Shown: positions 32,284 to 44,282, counted from the whole stretch's first letter. The stretch is 50,362 nucleotides of DNA, filler included, from an uncultured virus (IMG/VR IMGVR_UViG_2049941000_000870) (5 parts of one record of this genome joined end to end with filler, not necessarily neighbours in it), one strand, 5' to 3'. Notes: generated by a model from the sequence alone, not told the origin. Numbers and translations: made by a program.

Positions 32284-33108
32284 GTCCTTTTCCGATTAGC
32301 CTGTCTATTCTGACACCGCGCCCGCCGAACATGGATGCGATNNNNNNNNNNTGTTCAGCGTTATACCGCAGCTTATCTGGTGTACAATGGCTAACATAAA
32401 CGCCGCGAACCCCTTTACACCTATCTTTTTCCCATTGTCCGTTGTCTGTGGGTTTCCGCCTATCTGGTCGAGTATGTATCTGAATTTTCCCGTATCGCTG
32501 TCCTGCGGTTGCTGGTTTGCAATCTGCCCTATTATGCCGAGCATGGCCACAGCGCCCCTGTACGATACGGTGGTGTCGTCGTCCTCGCTGTCGTCGTCAT
32601 TGTCTTGCAGTCTGTCTTCATTATCATTGTTGTCTATATACGGCGCATATGGGTTGCTGTCATTTTTCTTGTATGGGTTTATTGTGAAGTATTTCTCATT
32701 TACACCGTTGTCCCGTTNNNNNNNNNNNNNNNNNNNNNNNNNNNNNNNNNNNNNNNNNNNNNNNNNNNNNNNNNNNNNNNNNNNNNNNNNNNNNNNNNNN
32801 NNNNNNNNNNNNNNNNNNNNNNNNNNNNNNNNNNNNNNNNNNNNNNNNNNNNNNNNNNNNNNNNNNNNNNNNNNNNNNNNNNNNNNNNNNNNNNNNNNNN
32901 NNNNNNNNNNNNNNNNNNNNNNNNNNNNNNNNNNNNNNNNNNNNNNNNNNNNNNNNNNNNNNNNNNNNNNNNNNNNNNNNNNNNNNNNNNNNNNNNNNNN
33001 NNNNNNNNNNNNNNNNNNNNNNNNNNNNNNNNNNNNNNNNNNNNNNNNNNNNNNNNNNNNNNNNNNNNNNNNNNNNNNNNNNNNNNNNNNNNNNNNNNNN
33101 NNNNNNNN

Positions 33109-35239
33109 TTGACCACCCCGTCCAGCTTGGATATCTCCTTCTCGAGGTCCCCGAGGAATATGTTCTCACCCATGATGTGCCTCCTGATGTCCATGTAGTC
33201 CTGTATCAGGGATATCACCCTGGCTATCACCTCGCTCCTGTCGTAGGCCTTGTCCACGAAGATGTAGCAGTCGAACGCCACGTTTATTATCTTGCCAGAG
33301 CGTATCTCGACAAAGTCGTTCACCATCTTGTAGTGCCTGAGATACTCCTTCATGTTCTCGGCGACTGCCTCCGAAAGCTTGCTCATCAGCTTGCCTTCGT
33401 GGTCCAGCCCGAGTGTGTAGACTATCACCTTGTTGTTTTCCTCGACCACACTGTGCCTGAACGGGGTTCCGTATTTAGGGTGTATCTGCGAAATCCTGGC
33501 GTGGTAGTCCTTCAGTGTGACGCACCTGTTCTGTGCCGCAGAGTTGTATTTTATCAGGTATCTTATCTCCCTGTCGGAAGGCGCGTCCTTCCCGCCGTAC
33601 GACGGTGTCGGGTTGTTGACGGCCAAAGTGTTCTTCACAGTGAGCTTCTTCCNNNNNNNNNNNNNNNNNNNNNNNNNNNNNNNNNNNNNNNNNNNNNNNN
33701 NNNNNNNNNNNNNNNNNNNNNNNNNNNNNNNNNNNNNNNNNNNNNNNNNNNNNNNNNNNNNNNNNNNNNNNNNNNNNNNNNNNNNNNNNNNNNNNNNNNN
33801 NNNNNNNNNNNNNNNNNNNNNNNNNNNNNNNNNNNNNNNNNNNNNNNNNNNNNNNNNNNNNNNNNNNNNNNNNNNNNNNNNNNNNNNNNNNNNNNNNNNN
33901 NNNNNNNNNNNNNNNNNNNNNNNNNNNNNNNNNNNNNNNNNNNNNNNNNNNNNNNNNNNNNNNNNNNNNNNNNNNNNNNNNNNNNNNNNNNNNNNNNNNN
34001 NNNNNNNNNNNNNNNNNNNNNNNNNNNNNNNNNNNNNNNNNNNNNNNNNNNNNNNNNNNNNNNNNNNNNNNNNNNNNNNNNNNNNNNNNNNNNNNNNNNN
34101 NNNNNNNNNNNNNNNNNNNNNNNNNNNNNNNNNNNNNNNNNNNNNNNNNNNNNNNNNNNNNNNNNNNNNNNNNNNNNNNNNNNNNNNNNNNNNNNNNNNN
34201 NNNNNNNNNNNNNNNNNNNNNNNNNNNNNNNNNNNNNNNNNNCCGCTTCGGTGACTGGATTCCCGTTCGAGTCGTACACGGTGTCCCCGTTCTCATCGGT
34301 CAGCTCGAACTCCTCGATTACCTGCCACACTGGGTCGTAGTATCCGACCATTCCGTTCAATGTCCCGCCGTCGTCAGAGCTTGCGAAGGTGTTGCCGTCA
34401 CTGAACTCGACACACGACTCGTCTATTGCATATCCGAACCTGTATTGCTCTATAAGATTGTCCACCTCGAAATACCTTTGCACTGGAAGGCCCTGCCTGT
34501 CGTAGTAAGACTCGCTGTCGACATAGAACTCAGCCACGGCTGGGTCGTTCGAAAGCGTCGTGCCTTGTTTCACGATAATGCTCTCGACGTTTGTCACGTT
34601 GTTGTCGTTCAGTGTTATGGACATGAACGGCTCGACATCGGCCTGTGTCATGACCTTCTTGTATATCCTGGTGGTGCCAGCCACAGCAAGCGCAAGCTTC
34701 TTGTATGTGTAGTTTATGATGTTTCCGTTCCCGTCCCTGTTCGGGAACACCTGCCTGTCGGATATACCGTTTGCATCGAACTGGCTCCTGAAGTCCACGT
34801 TGTCTATAAGCTCGAAGGTGACCATTCCGTCCGAGAACTGGGTTCCACGCCTAACATACGGGCAGTAGCTCTCGTCTGCACTGGACAGCGTGTTCCCGCT
34901 GTCGGTAACGGCGCCCGTGTTCATCGGTATCCTGCAAGACAGCTCGACCTCCACAACGGCGCATTTCGGCCCTCCGACCTTCAACCCGTTGGTCCTGGCT
35001 ATGTTCAGCAGGGACCCGCGTGACGTGCACCCGTCTATGTCAGTCTCCTGGTAGGCCCTGTCTATGTTGTACGACAGGTTGTCCGCGATGTCGGCCGTGA
35101 CGTCTATGAGCCACTGGCCTATCGATGCGTCGTTGTAGTTTGCGAAAATGTCGCTGTAATACTGCTGGCATATGCTTATCAGGTCGCTCCTGTACTCGTC
35201 ATATGTCCTGTCCAGATATGTTATCCTGCTTTCAGCCAT
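33109..35239 (-). CDS. Baseplate wedge protein, T4 gp6/J-like (gapped)
   Basis: YLDRTYDEYRSDL..NDASIG..LSYNIDRAYQE..LLNIARTNG and NNPTPSYGGKDAPS..AAQNRCVTLKDY motifs. Confidence 0.85.
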
Positions 35240-35260
35240 CTCTTTGTCTGTATAATGTCG

Positions 35261-35443
35261 CTATATTGTCTGCCTTAACTCGTATACGGTCTCTGTCCCG
35301 TCCGTGCCAGTCACCCCGTATGTCACGGTGACCATGACACCCAGGCCCTCGTCGGTCGTGTCGCTCGAAACCGACTTTATGCTGCAGTTCGGGACATACC
35401 TATTGACCTTGTCCTTTATCTCGAACTCAATGTCCCCGAATGT
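35261..35443 (-). CDS. C-terminus of a gp25/W-like baseplate protein
   Basis: TFGDIEFEIKDKVNRYVPNCSIKSV...VTVTY pattern immediately upstream of the gp6-like gene. Confidence 0.65.
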   Translation of the reverse strand, partial: TFGDIEFEIKDKVNRYVPNCSIKSVSSDTTDEGLGVMVTVTYGVTGTDGTETVYELRQTI

Positions 35444-36315
35444 NNNNNNNNNNNNNNNNNNNNNNNNNNNNNNNNNNNNNNNNNNNNNNNNNNNNNNNNN
35501 NNNNNNNNNNNNNNNNNNNNNNNNNNNNNNNNNNNNNNNNNNNNNNNNNNNNNNNNNNNNNNNNNNNNNNNNNNNNNNNNNNNNNNNNNNNNNNNNNNNN
35601 NNNNNNNNNNNNNNNNNNNNNNNNNNNNNNNNNNNNNNNNNNNNNNNNNNNNNNNNNNNNNNNNNNNNNNNNNNNNNNNNNNNNNNNNNNNNNNNNNNNN
35701 NNNNNNNNNNNNNNNNNNNNNNNNNNNNNNNNNNNNNNNNNNNNNNNNNNNNNNNNNNNNNNNNNNNNNNNNNNNNNNNNNNNNNNNNNNNNNNNNNNNN
35801 NNNNNNNNNNNNNNNNNNNNNNNNNNNNNNNNNNNNNNNNNNNNNNNNNNNNNNNNNNNNNNNNNNNNNNNNNNNNNNNNNNNNNNNNNNNNNNNNNNNN
35901 NNNNNNNNNNNNNNNNNNNNNNNNNNNNNNNNNNNNNNNNNNNNNNNNNNNNNNNNNNNNNNNNNNNNNNNNNNNNNNNNNNNNNNNNNNNNNNNNNNNN
36001 NNNNNNNNNNNNNNNNNNNNNNNNNNNNNNNNNNNNNNNNNNNNNNNNNNNNNNNNNNNNNNNNNNNNNNNNNNNNNNNNNNNNNNNNNNNNNNNNNNNN
36101 NNNNNNNNNNNNNNNNNNNNNNNNNNNNNNNNNNNNNNNNNNNNNNNNNNNNNNNNNNNNNNNNNNNNNNNNNNNNNNNNNNNNNNNNNNNNNNNNNNNN
36201 NNNNNNNNNNNNNNNNNNNNNNNNNNNNNNNNNNNNNNNNNNNNNNNNNNNNNNNNNNNNNNNNNNNNNNNNNNNNNNNNNNNNNNNNNNNNNNNNNNNN
36301 NNNNNNNNNNNNNNN

Positions 36316-36661
36316 ACCCTGACTTGTATTGGTTTGGCATTATGTCGCTTCCAGTGTAAACACCAATCCTGATGTTCGGGTACATGTTCCTGATATGTCC
36401 AGCCAGCTTTGAAATTTCATCAAATTTTCCAGCGTCGCCCATGAACAGGAAACAGTTTATCCCGCTGTTCCTGGCTATCAGCCTGTCGATTTCATCCGTT
36501 GTCAGTTCGGTTCCGATGTCTTGCCTTAGATAGTCCGAGTGGCAGCCTGGACAGTTGTACGGGCATCCGCTTATGGACACCGCGAGCGACACCATGTCGG
36601 GTATCTCCTCGAACACCACTGATTCGTCAACGTATTTAATATGTTTAATGATATCACTCAT
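36316..36661 (-). CDS. nrdG: Anaerobic RNR activase (radical SAM), 3' end in gap
   Basis: VVFEEIPDMVSLAVSISGCPYNCPGCHS (CxxxCxxC), FLFMG, VYTG. Confidence 0.9.
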
Positions 36662-36753
36662 TACTCCATTTTTTTAATAATTTATGGTAAATAGGTAGAT
36701 GTTTATATCCGTAATTAATTGCATTTCTAAAAGAATCTATATTTTTATAATTT

Positions 36754-38246
36754 TTACCATATTTTTCNNNNNNNNNNGTCGTATATCCTGGCTGACTGGT
36801 TGACCATCTTGTTTATGACCTTCATAGTCACATTCTCACGGACGCCGCCGAAGTTCCTGAACTTTGCCACGATTTCCTCATGGCATTGGGTTATCGTCTG
36901 GTTGAATTCAGCAAAGGCGGACATGGTCTTGTTCCACGCCTGGGCGTACCTTGTCTGGACTTGTCTCTTGACACTGTCGCTCACGCCGTAATATATGTTG
37001 TTGTCTGGAACCTGCTCAATCTCGTCGAACATGCCCTTGCACTGCGGAACCCACGCCTCCATCAGCCTGACACCTGTGTTGGCCAGGCTGGCGCACTGGT
37101 TGTAGAACGCCGAGGGCGCTATGTTCTGGTTTGTCGAACTGGCCTGGTACCCGTTCGCCTCGCACGGTGCGTTTATCATCTCGCATATCGAATTGTACAG
37201 CAAACCGAATGACTCTTCGAACTTCCTCCCANNNNNNNNNNNNNNNNNNNNNNNNNNNNNNNNNNNNNNNNNNNNNNNNNNNNNNNNNNNNNGATGACAC
37301 ATAGTTGACAATACTTGCGTTCAATTTCCTGATGTTGGCCTCTTCCTTGTCGGCTTCTGGTGTGAGCCCGAAAATCTTGCCTATCTTTGCAAGCGTCGGG
37401 TGGCTGCGTTCGAACTCACCGATTTTCCCGCTTACGCCAGTGGCGTCCGTTGCAAGGTTTCCCATTGACTTGAGGCTGCCGAGCAAATCTCTCAGATACC
37501 CCTCGCCGAGCATTGCGTTTCTGACTGTTGCGGACACCATCCTCCTGATGTCGTTCTCGGTCAGTGTGACCGTAGCCTTGTTATCATGGTCGGCCTTGGT
37601 GTTCTGGTTCTGCATGTTCTTTATATTGGTTTTATGATTCATGGCAGCCTGATTCTGGGCGTTCTGGGCCTGCTGCCTCAGCTGTTTCACGTATTCGGTG
37701 TATGCGTTTGTCTTTTCAATCCTCTCCTTTTTGGACTTGATGTACCGAATATCGTCTGGTTTCATTTCCTTGTCCTTATCCCAAAGCCATGCGGTTTTCA
37801 AGGTCGGGTACCTGTCGTACTGGAACACAACGTTAAGGTATCGCTTGTTGTCGTAGTCGGTCCTCACATTGAAGCTGTTGATTTTGTAGTCGTGTCTGTC
37901 AACGTCCCAGTTGGTCCTGAGCTGGTATATCAGGACATTGCCACTGTCCATGTCAAGGTGTGTTGCAATGTCAACCACCTTGTCAGGGTCATAGTTGTGC
38001 AGAATGTCTCCAGTTTTTTTGGCTTTCTTTGGGTTGTCGTATATGTGTTGCGTGATATGGAGCCTGTTTTTTGTTGCATTGTAGATAGCCTTCAGTTTCT
38101 CGTCTGGGACTGGCCAGTAGCCCGTTGACTTGAGGAAATTCAGTTCACCTATCACTTCAGGCTCGCGCTCATGCCTGAGGGATTCTTCCCACAAGACAGA
38201 CCGAATGGCGGCAATCACATGTTTATCATTTATCTTTGTCCTGGTC
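36754..38246 (-). CDS. Multidomain probable head-packaged protein with a possible RelE/BECR-like domain (gapped)
   Basis: Open to the gap at 38246; LHITQHI...LNVVFQYDRYPTLKTAWL domain; internal VTLTENDIRRMVSATV motif; helical C-terminal part. Confidence 0.55.
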
Positions 38247-38346
38247 NNNNNNNNNNNNNNNNNNNNNNNNNNNNNNNNNNNNNNNNNNNNTTAATTAATT
38301 AANNNNNNNNNNNNNNNNNNNNNNNNNNNNNNNNNNNNNNNNNNNN

Positions 38347-39458
38347 ATCTCGGCGGTGAAATCCGCATAATCCTTGTCTATATAGTCATTGTTTCCGTCG
38401 GTGAGAAGTGCCATTGTTTCAACAGGGAATGTCAGCGGGTATCTGGTCCTTTCATCGTTGAACCATTTCATAAACTTCTTCTGAAGCCACGACAGTGTCT
38501 CCCACTTCGGCTCCGTTCCGTCTGGGAACCTGAAGTCTCCGAACACACCTTTGAAATACTCGTGGTCGAAATAAGAAATGTTCCAGAACACGGATTGGTA
38601 ACCACGGTTGCCCGCTGGCATATTCATGCTGTGCACAACCTGCTGGAACGCATTCTCTATAACCTTTTCCAGAGTCCTGCGCTTGACGGACACCTCCACT
38701 ATGTCGTTGAGCCTGGTAAGGTAGTCGTCCCCGTAGTCCTTGCGGATGAAATAATCCATATACATAAGGAATTCTGGTGTGGCCACTGCACCCATGAACT
38801 GGGACGACACTGAATATACCAGATTGATGAACTCACCGCAGAACGACTTCAGGTCTGTAGGGGCAACCGATATGCCACCAAGGCCTTTCAGGCCGTCCAT
38901 AAGGAACGGGTACATTGTGATTGCAACACAGTATGGATAACCAGGCGTGCCAGACTCGTCGTGTTTGTAGAGTACATGACTCTCAAGGTCCTGCAGGTAC
39001 TGGTTCGCCAGTTTCTTGGTGTACATTGACCGTATCTTGTTGGTCAGGATGTACCTGTTTTGCTTGATGTTGTTCTCCTTGTACAGCTCCTGCCCGAGCG
39101 TTACGATATTCTTGTTCACCACATTGGCGTTTGCGTCGTATTTCGACCCAGTGGCCGCGTTGGATGCCTCGATATACGAGCTGATGAAGTCCTGCTTGTT
39201 CTTCAGGTCCTTCCATGCGTCGTTGTTTTCAATATAGGCCTTGGCAGCCTTCTTGTTCACCGACATCAGCCATTCCTCGGCCTGCCTGCGTATCTCCTTT
39301 GTCGACATGTTCTCATAGAGGTAGAAGTTGCTGGCCACCACGTCCAGAAGAACCTCGTCGCATTTCTCTCCGACCGACTCAAACGCCGCGCAGATGCTGT
39401 CCTTCAGTTTTTCCTGATTGAACTCCTCAATATTGCCGTTTGCTTTTATAATATCCAT
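38347..39458 (-). CDS. nrdD: Anaerobic class III ribonucleotide reductase, N-terminal part
   Basis: ATP cone MDIIKANGNIEEFNQEKL; LYKHDES, YCVAITMYPFL, SSQFMGAVA, LTFPVET. Confidence 0.93.
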
Positions 39459-39567
39459 TTATTCAATTAGTTATGTGTTATTTATAATATTCTCCCCTTA
39501 TGTCTTCCACGCCTGGGCGTANNNNNNNNNNAAAGGCCGCCATAATGTTGTTGAATATAATGTTTTC

Positions 39568-40036
39568 TTATACAACTTTAGTTCTAACACGTATGTCCCT
39601 CGAGGTATAGCGGATTTCGAACATGGAATCTATCGCTGAGTATAGTGTCTTGTCGCTGTCCATCAGGTCAATCTCGTTTTCCATCATCTGCCCTCCTAGC
39701 GGCGCCATCATATCCATGTCAGCACAGGATTCGTAGTCAATCATGGTCTGGTCAATAACACTGTCGGAATACCCCTGGTCGCTTCCGACCTTGTTGTAGC
39801 ACCTGAGCGCNNNNNNNNNNCCTATATTGGTCATGTCGCCGCCGCCGACCCTGTAGAGGATGTATATGGTGGTCCCTGGCTCTGGAAGCACACCCATGTA
39901 ATCGTTGGCTTCCATCCTGGACATCATGTATTTGGTGAACTCCCTGGCGCCAGACGGTATGTCGCCGTATGAGTTCCTGAGGCCAGGCCCGAACGTGACT
40001 TTGAGCGCCCCGCTGTCAGTGAACTCGGTGACGAAC
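39568..40036 (-). CDS. Two displaced fragments of the gp6-like baseplate gene (middle and C-terminus)
   Basis: LKVTFGPG...IYILYRVGGGDMTNI and ...SMFEIRYTSRDIRVRTKVV* are gp6-type segments missing from gaps 33653-34242 and 32718-33108. Confidence 0.7.
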
Positions 40037-40046
40037 NNNNNNNNNN

Positions 40047-40835
40047 CTATATTGTTCTTTAGATAAATGTTCATGTAGATTTAAATGGCAAGCAGCACCG
40101 CCATCAAGGTATTTAACGTAATCTTTACCGTGCATCTTCATCTTGTCGATTACGGAAACCGAAGTATCCTCTGGGTTGTAGAAATACGAACTGTATAGAT
40201 TTCTGTTTGGTGACACCCAGTAACCGTCTTTCTTGTCCCATTTGTAGTTCTTGGCAGCAAGGTTTTCGGCTGGCACGAACTCGGTGTTGAACATGCAGTC
40301 CCTGGTCTTGTCCTTCCTGTTGCACATGTTTATGGTTTCAAGGATATTGTTCACGAACTCCCTGTATTCGTCGTTGTTTCCGACATGGATTCCGATAAAC
40401 TCAGCCGCATCGGTTATACCGTTGACGCCGACTGTCAGGTACTGTTTCCTGATGTCTATGAAGCCAGCCCTGTATACATCGAGCATGTCGGCCTTTAGAA
40501 AATCCTTTATCGTTTCATTGAACGCAGTTTGATATTTGTGTACTCGCTCAGTAAGTTCAGCCACTTCATTTCTGATATATTCATAGAGTTCGTCTTTATC
40601 GTATTCCAACCCCATCNNNNNNNNNNGCCGCGTTCTGTATAAGACGCGGCAGGTTGATTGTCATGACGGACTTGGAACCAGTTGAGACTGAGGCTGTACC
40701 CATTGAATACTGGTGTGTGGTGTGGTTGTGTTCCTCGTCCTGGACGTCAAGGTCCTTGAGCGAATTGCGGAGCCTGCAGCATGACGACAGGCTGTCTGGG
40801 CTGTCGCTCAGGTAACAGAAGAAACTGTGGCCCTC
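40047..40835 (-). CDS. nrdD: Displaced middle/C-terminal fragments of nrdD
   Basis: EGHSFF..DSLSSCCRLRN..TGSKSVMTINLPR, then QYLTVGVNG..NTEFVPAENLA..LDGGAACHLNL. Confidence 0.88.
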
Positions 40836-40958
40836 NNNNNNNNNNGGTAATATAATTACCCTGGCTTTCCATAATTTCACTGTCTCACGCCACCCTTGCA
40901 CGCATGTGTCTGGATGCTAGCGACAAAAGTTTTCAACAAAGTTTTCAACAGCCTTGGC

Positions 40959-42353
40959 TTACCTCCTGTAGCTGTCCCTGACCTGTCTTGCCACGTTTGT
41001 CTGGTATGACTGGTCCGCCTCAAAAGCCTCTTCCATGCTNNNNNNNNNNNNNNNNNNNNNNNNNNNNNNNNNNNNNNNNNNNNNNNNNNNNNNNNNNNNN
41101 NNNNNNNNNNNNNNNNNNNNNNNNNNNNNNNNNCTGGTTTGTGTCGATTCTTCCAGGTCTGAACTTGTTGATGAAAATGTTTATCTTGCCCTCCACGGCC
41201 ATCTGGTTGGTCTTGGCAAACGACATCACGACATGTCCTATCTGCACCTTCTTGACCGAACCTCCGCCCTGTGTCATTCCGACTATCTGTTGGTTGAAGG
41301 AGTCCTTCGTGCCCTGTATCGGGCACCACAATGCCAGGTTGAACTCATCGGCTATGCTCTCCAGTTTCCTCATACTCAAGCCTTCCCTTGTATACTCCTT
41401 GTCATCCAAAGATTCGGCTTTCTCAAGCTTCATGCATTCAAAGTAGTCAACGATTACAAGGTCTGGTTTGAAACCGTTTGCAATCAGCTGTTTGACTTTC
41501 ATTTTGATATCACTTGCAGAAACCTCACCAGAAATCGGGTGCCATCCGACCACGTTGCGCTGTATCATGTCCTTCCACTCATGCTTGTTAATCATGTCGA
41601 CAGCCAGCGGCCTGAAATCTGGCTTGCTCAGGTCACATGCGTCTATGTCGGTAAGGAATGCATAATATTTCCGCTTGATGTTCGGGACGGTGTCCTCGAA
41701 GTGGATGTGGAGCACCTTGTAGCCCTGGTATGCGTTATCCTCGGTCTTCGTTACAGCCGCGTTGGCAGCAAAACCTGTTGTGGCTGACGTCTTTCCGATG
41801 CCAGACGGGGCTATTATAACCCCAAGCTCACCTCTTCCGAGCCCTCCTCCGAGCGCCTTGTCAAGTTCCACGGCGCCAGTCGGTATCGTCTGCCTGTAGT
41901 CGTCACTGAGCACCTCATCCATGTTGTCGAAGACCCTGTAGCCCATGTCCTTCTTGTTGTTGGCTTCAAGGGCCTTCCTCACAATATCCTCGATTTCCAG
42001 ATACCGCTCCGAGTTGCCTTCCTTTATGATTTCCTGTGCCATGTTTATGGCCTTTGTCAGGTTCTGCTGCTTGAAGAATTTCTCGGCACAGCCCTCGATT
42101 AGGTCTATCCCGCTTATGTCGTCCTTCGTCCTGAGCTTCTCCAGCATGGCCGTATACCTCTCGACACTTATCGCGTCCGTCACTTTGGACCTGATTATTA
42201 TGTCAAGCTCCTTGTATGTGGTGACACTTTCAGTAAGCGCATACCTGTCCTTCATGAACCCGACAATGCGTCTCAGGCAGTCGTCGGTGAACATGTTCTG
42301 GTCGACAATCTGCACAACCGACTTGAAGAAGGGCTGGTCCTCGATGAAGCACT
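40959..42353 (-). CDS. Replicative DnaB/gp41-like helicase (5' end in gap)
   Basis: IPTGAVELDKALGGGLGRGELGVIIAPSGIGKTS, HIHFED, DLVIVDYFE, NKFRPG; C-terminus ...RQVRDSYRR* at 40959. Confidence 0.9.
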
Positions 42354-42453
42354 NNNNNNNNNNNNNNNNNNNNNNNNNNNNNNNNNNNNNNNNNNNNTTA
42401 ATTAATTAANNNNNNNNNNNNNNNNNNNNNNNNNNNNNNNNNNNNNNNNNNNN

Positions 42454-42712
42454 ACAGGTCTATTATCCTCCTGTTTATCTCATACAGCCTGTCTCCCTGC
42501 GAACCGTCGGTCACGCCGTTGACTATGTTCTCGCACCATTTCAGCGGTTTCTTCTTCTCCGCCGCGCGCGACTCGTTTATTGCCCTGGCCTTCGATATGA
42601 TTCCGTCCAGTGTGACCTTCTCCGACTTCATTTCTGGGAAGTTGTCCAGAAGCGTCTTCTCGCCTACACCCCTGACCCCTTTTATGTTGTCGGACTGGTC
42701 CCCGCATATGAC
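42454..42712 (-). CDS. Displaced H3TH segment of the 5'-3' exonuclease
   Basis: ICGDQSDNIKGVRGVGEKT is the segment missing at gap 43298-43307. Confidence 0.85.
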
Positions 42713-42722
42713 NNNNNNNNNN

Positions 42723-42981
42723 CAGTGAGCTTTGTCTCGCAGTCCTGCGTGGCCCACAGATACACCCTGCTTTTCGAGACAAGGTCGTTCTTGATTGCGG
42801 AGACCACATCCCTCAATGTGTCGTACAGCTCGCCAGAATCCAGGCTTTCCTTGTTGAACCTGCTGATTCTGAAATAGCGCTGGATTATGATGTTGTCGTT
42901 CACCTTGAGCATAAACTGGAATCTCTCCCTGTAGTTGCTGTTGTCCACCCTTCTGGGTGTCCTTTGTGTGTTTTCCTCCAT
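42723..42981 (-). CDS. Hypothetical protein (N-terminal part)
   Basis: MEENTQRTP...FMLKVNDNIIIQRYFRI, truncated by gap. Confidence 0.65.
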
Positions 42982-43040
42982 AAGGATTTTGTTAAAAGGT
43001 TAAACAATATGTTAGTTGAAAATAATATGCGATTGCATGA

Positions 43041-43055
43041 TATAATATACAAAAA
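43041..43055 (-). promoter_or_regulatory. Putative early/middle promoter motif
   Basis: + strand TATAATATACAAAAA upstream of the 42981 start. Confidence 0.6.
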
Positions 43056-43063
43056 TAAAAGCG

Positions 43064-44008
43064 TCATGAACGCTTGTTTTTCATCTCTTTGTCCACCAGG
43101 AACTTGAATTCGGTGAAGAAGTCCGCGAACTTCGTGGCGTCCTTCAGGTCGTCTATTCCGTATTCGACTACGATGCCGTAAAGGTTCTCCAGGCTCCGCC
43201 CCTCTGGGTCCATCGGGGCGTACATCATGGTGCCTATGAGTTCCTCGGCCTCGTCCGTCATTATCGGCTCCGCCAGGGCTATTTTTCCCCTTTTTTTNNN
43301 NNNNNNNGCATACCCCGTCATCTCCAGGTGGTTCCTGGTTGTCAGGAACTCTATTCCGCGTTTCGGTTTCTTTATGGCCAGTATGACGTCGTCCTTCCCT
43401 TCCCTGACCTCGCTCTTGTGGAGAAGCTGCGACAGGTCCCTGTCGTTCGAGAATATCACGATATTCTCCTCTGGTTTCTTGTGTTTGACATAGTACCCTA
43501 TGAAATCGTCGGCCTCTATGCCGTCGCACACGCACTGCCTGACGAACAGCTCGTCCAGACAACGCATGATGGCATCCCTCTGCCTGTGGAACGACTCCTT
43601 CTCGTCGGCCGTCCTCTTCGGCTTTTTCTGGCCTCCAGAGTAAATCTTGCGCTGCATGTCCGATACAACCGCGTTGAACTCCCTCATGTAGTCCGACAGC
43701 CCGTCGTCCGAATAGCTCTTGTCCCTGTTGGCCTTGTACTCCCTGTATATCTCGCTCCTGTATATCCCAGAGTCGCTCCCGTCCCAGAACACGTACACAT
43801 ACCTGAAGTTACCCATCTTCATGAGCTGTTTAAGCTGGAGCAGGAACTGGTAGATTCCGCCTATCTCCACACCGTCGCTGTTCAGTTTCTTGTCAGCCGA
43901 GAAGGCTATCTCAAGAAGGTTCGACCCGTCCACGAGCAAGGTGTTGAAACACACCTGGCCCAAAGACGGGTCCTTTTCCTTTATTCTCCTGGGTATCGGC
44001 TGCGGCAT
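43064..44008 (-). CDS. 5'-3' exonuclease/flap endonuclease (Pol I N-terminal / T4 RNase H-like)
   Basis: TLLVDGSNL, VFWDG, YREYKANR, IEADDFIG, FSNDRDLSQL. Confidence 0.9.
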   Translation of the reverse strand: MPQPIPRRIKEKDPSLGQVCFNTLLVDGSNLLEIAFSADKKLNSDGVEIGGIYQFLLQLKQLMKMGNFRYVYVFWDGSDSGIYRSEIYREYKANRDKSYSDDGLSDYMREFNAVVSDMQRKIYSGGQKKPKRTADEKESFHRQRDAIMRCLDELFVRQCVCDGIEADDFIGYYVKHKKPEENIVIFSNDRDLSQLLHKSEVREGKDDVILAIKKPKRGIEFLTTRNHLEMTGYXXXXKKRGKIALAEPIMTDEAEELIGTMMYAPMDPEGRSLENLYGIVVEYGIDDLKDATKFADFFTEFKFLVDKEMKNKRS

Positions 44009-44009
44009 G

Positions 44010-44282
44010 TTACTTCGTTTCAGCTGTTTTGTCCGTGTCGGTTTCCTGGGCTTCGCCAGCGATGCTGTCGTTCAGGAAGCAGAAGATGTTGCCCTTGTCG
44101 TTGACGTACATGTCCCTTGACAGGTCAACGTCGTACTTGCACACGGACTTCATGTAATCCTCTTTCGTCTTGAACACCACCATCTTGGGCGTGTTGTCGG
44201 CATTTTCGTCGCTGCACCTGAAGTCAAGCAGCTGTCTGAACAGCCTGTGGCTGATTTTTTCACATTTTTCCTCCTGCAGTGT
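44010..44282 (-). CDS. C-terminal fragment of a hypothetical protein
   Basis: LQEEKCEKISHRLF...DTDKTAETK* ends just before the exonuclease ATG. Confidence 0.55.
   Translation of the reverse strand, partial: TLQEEKCEKISHRLFRQLLDFRCSDENADNTPKMVVFKTKEDYMKSVCKYDVDLSRDMYVNDKGNIFCFLNDSIAGEAQETDTDKTAETK

Noticed and set aside
35261..36661. NrdG-gp25 fusion
   Set aside because: Read-through of a long N gap.
38347..40835. Split or permuted nrdD, or an intron/intein
   Set aside because: All breaks coincide with N gaps, the intervening DNA is baseplate coding sequence, and no homing endonuclease or intein motif is seen.
18048..42409. Dispersed TTAATTAATTAA repeat
   Set aside because: Synthetic six-frame-stop linker inside N runs.
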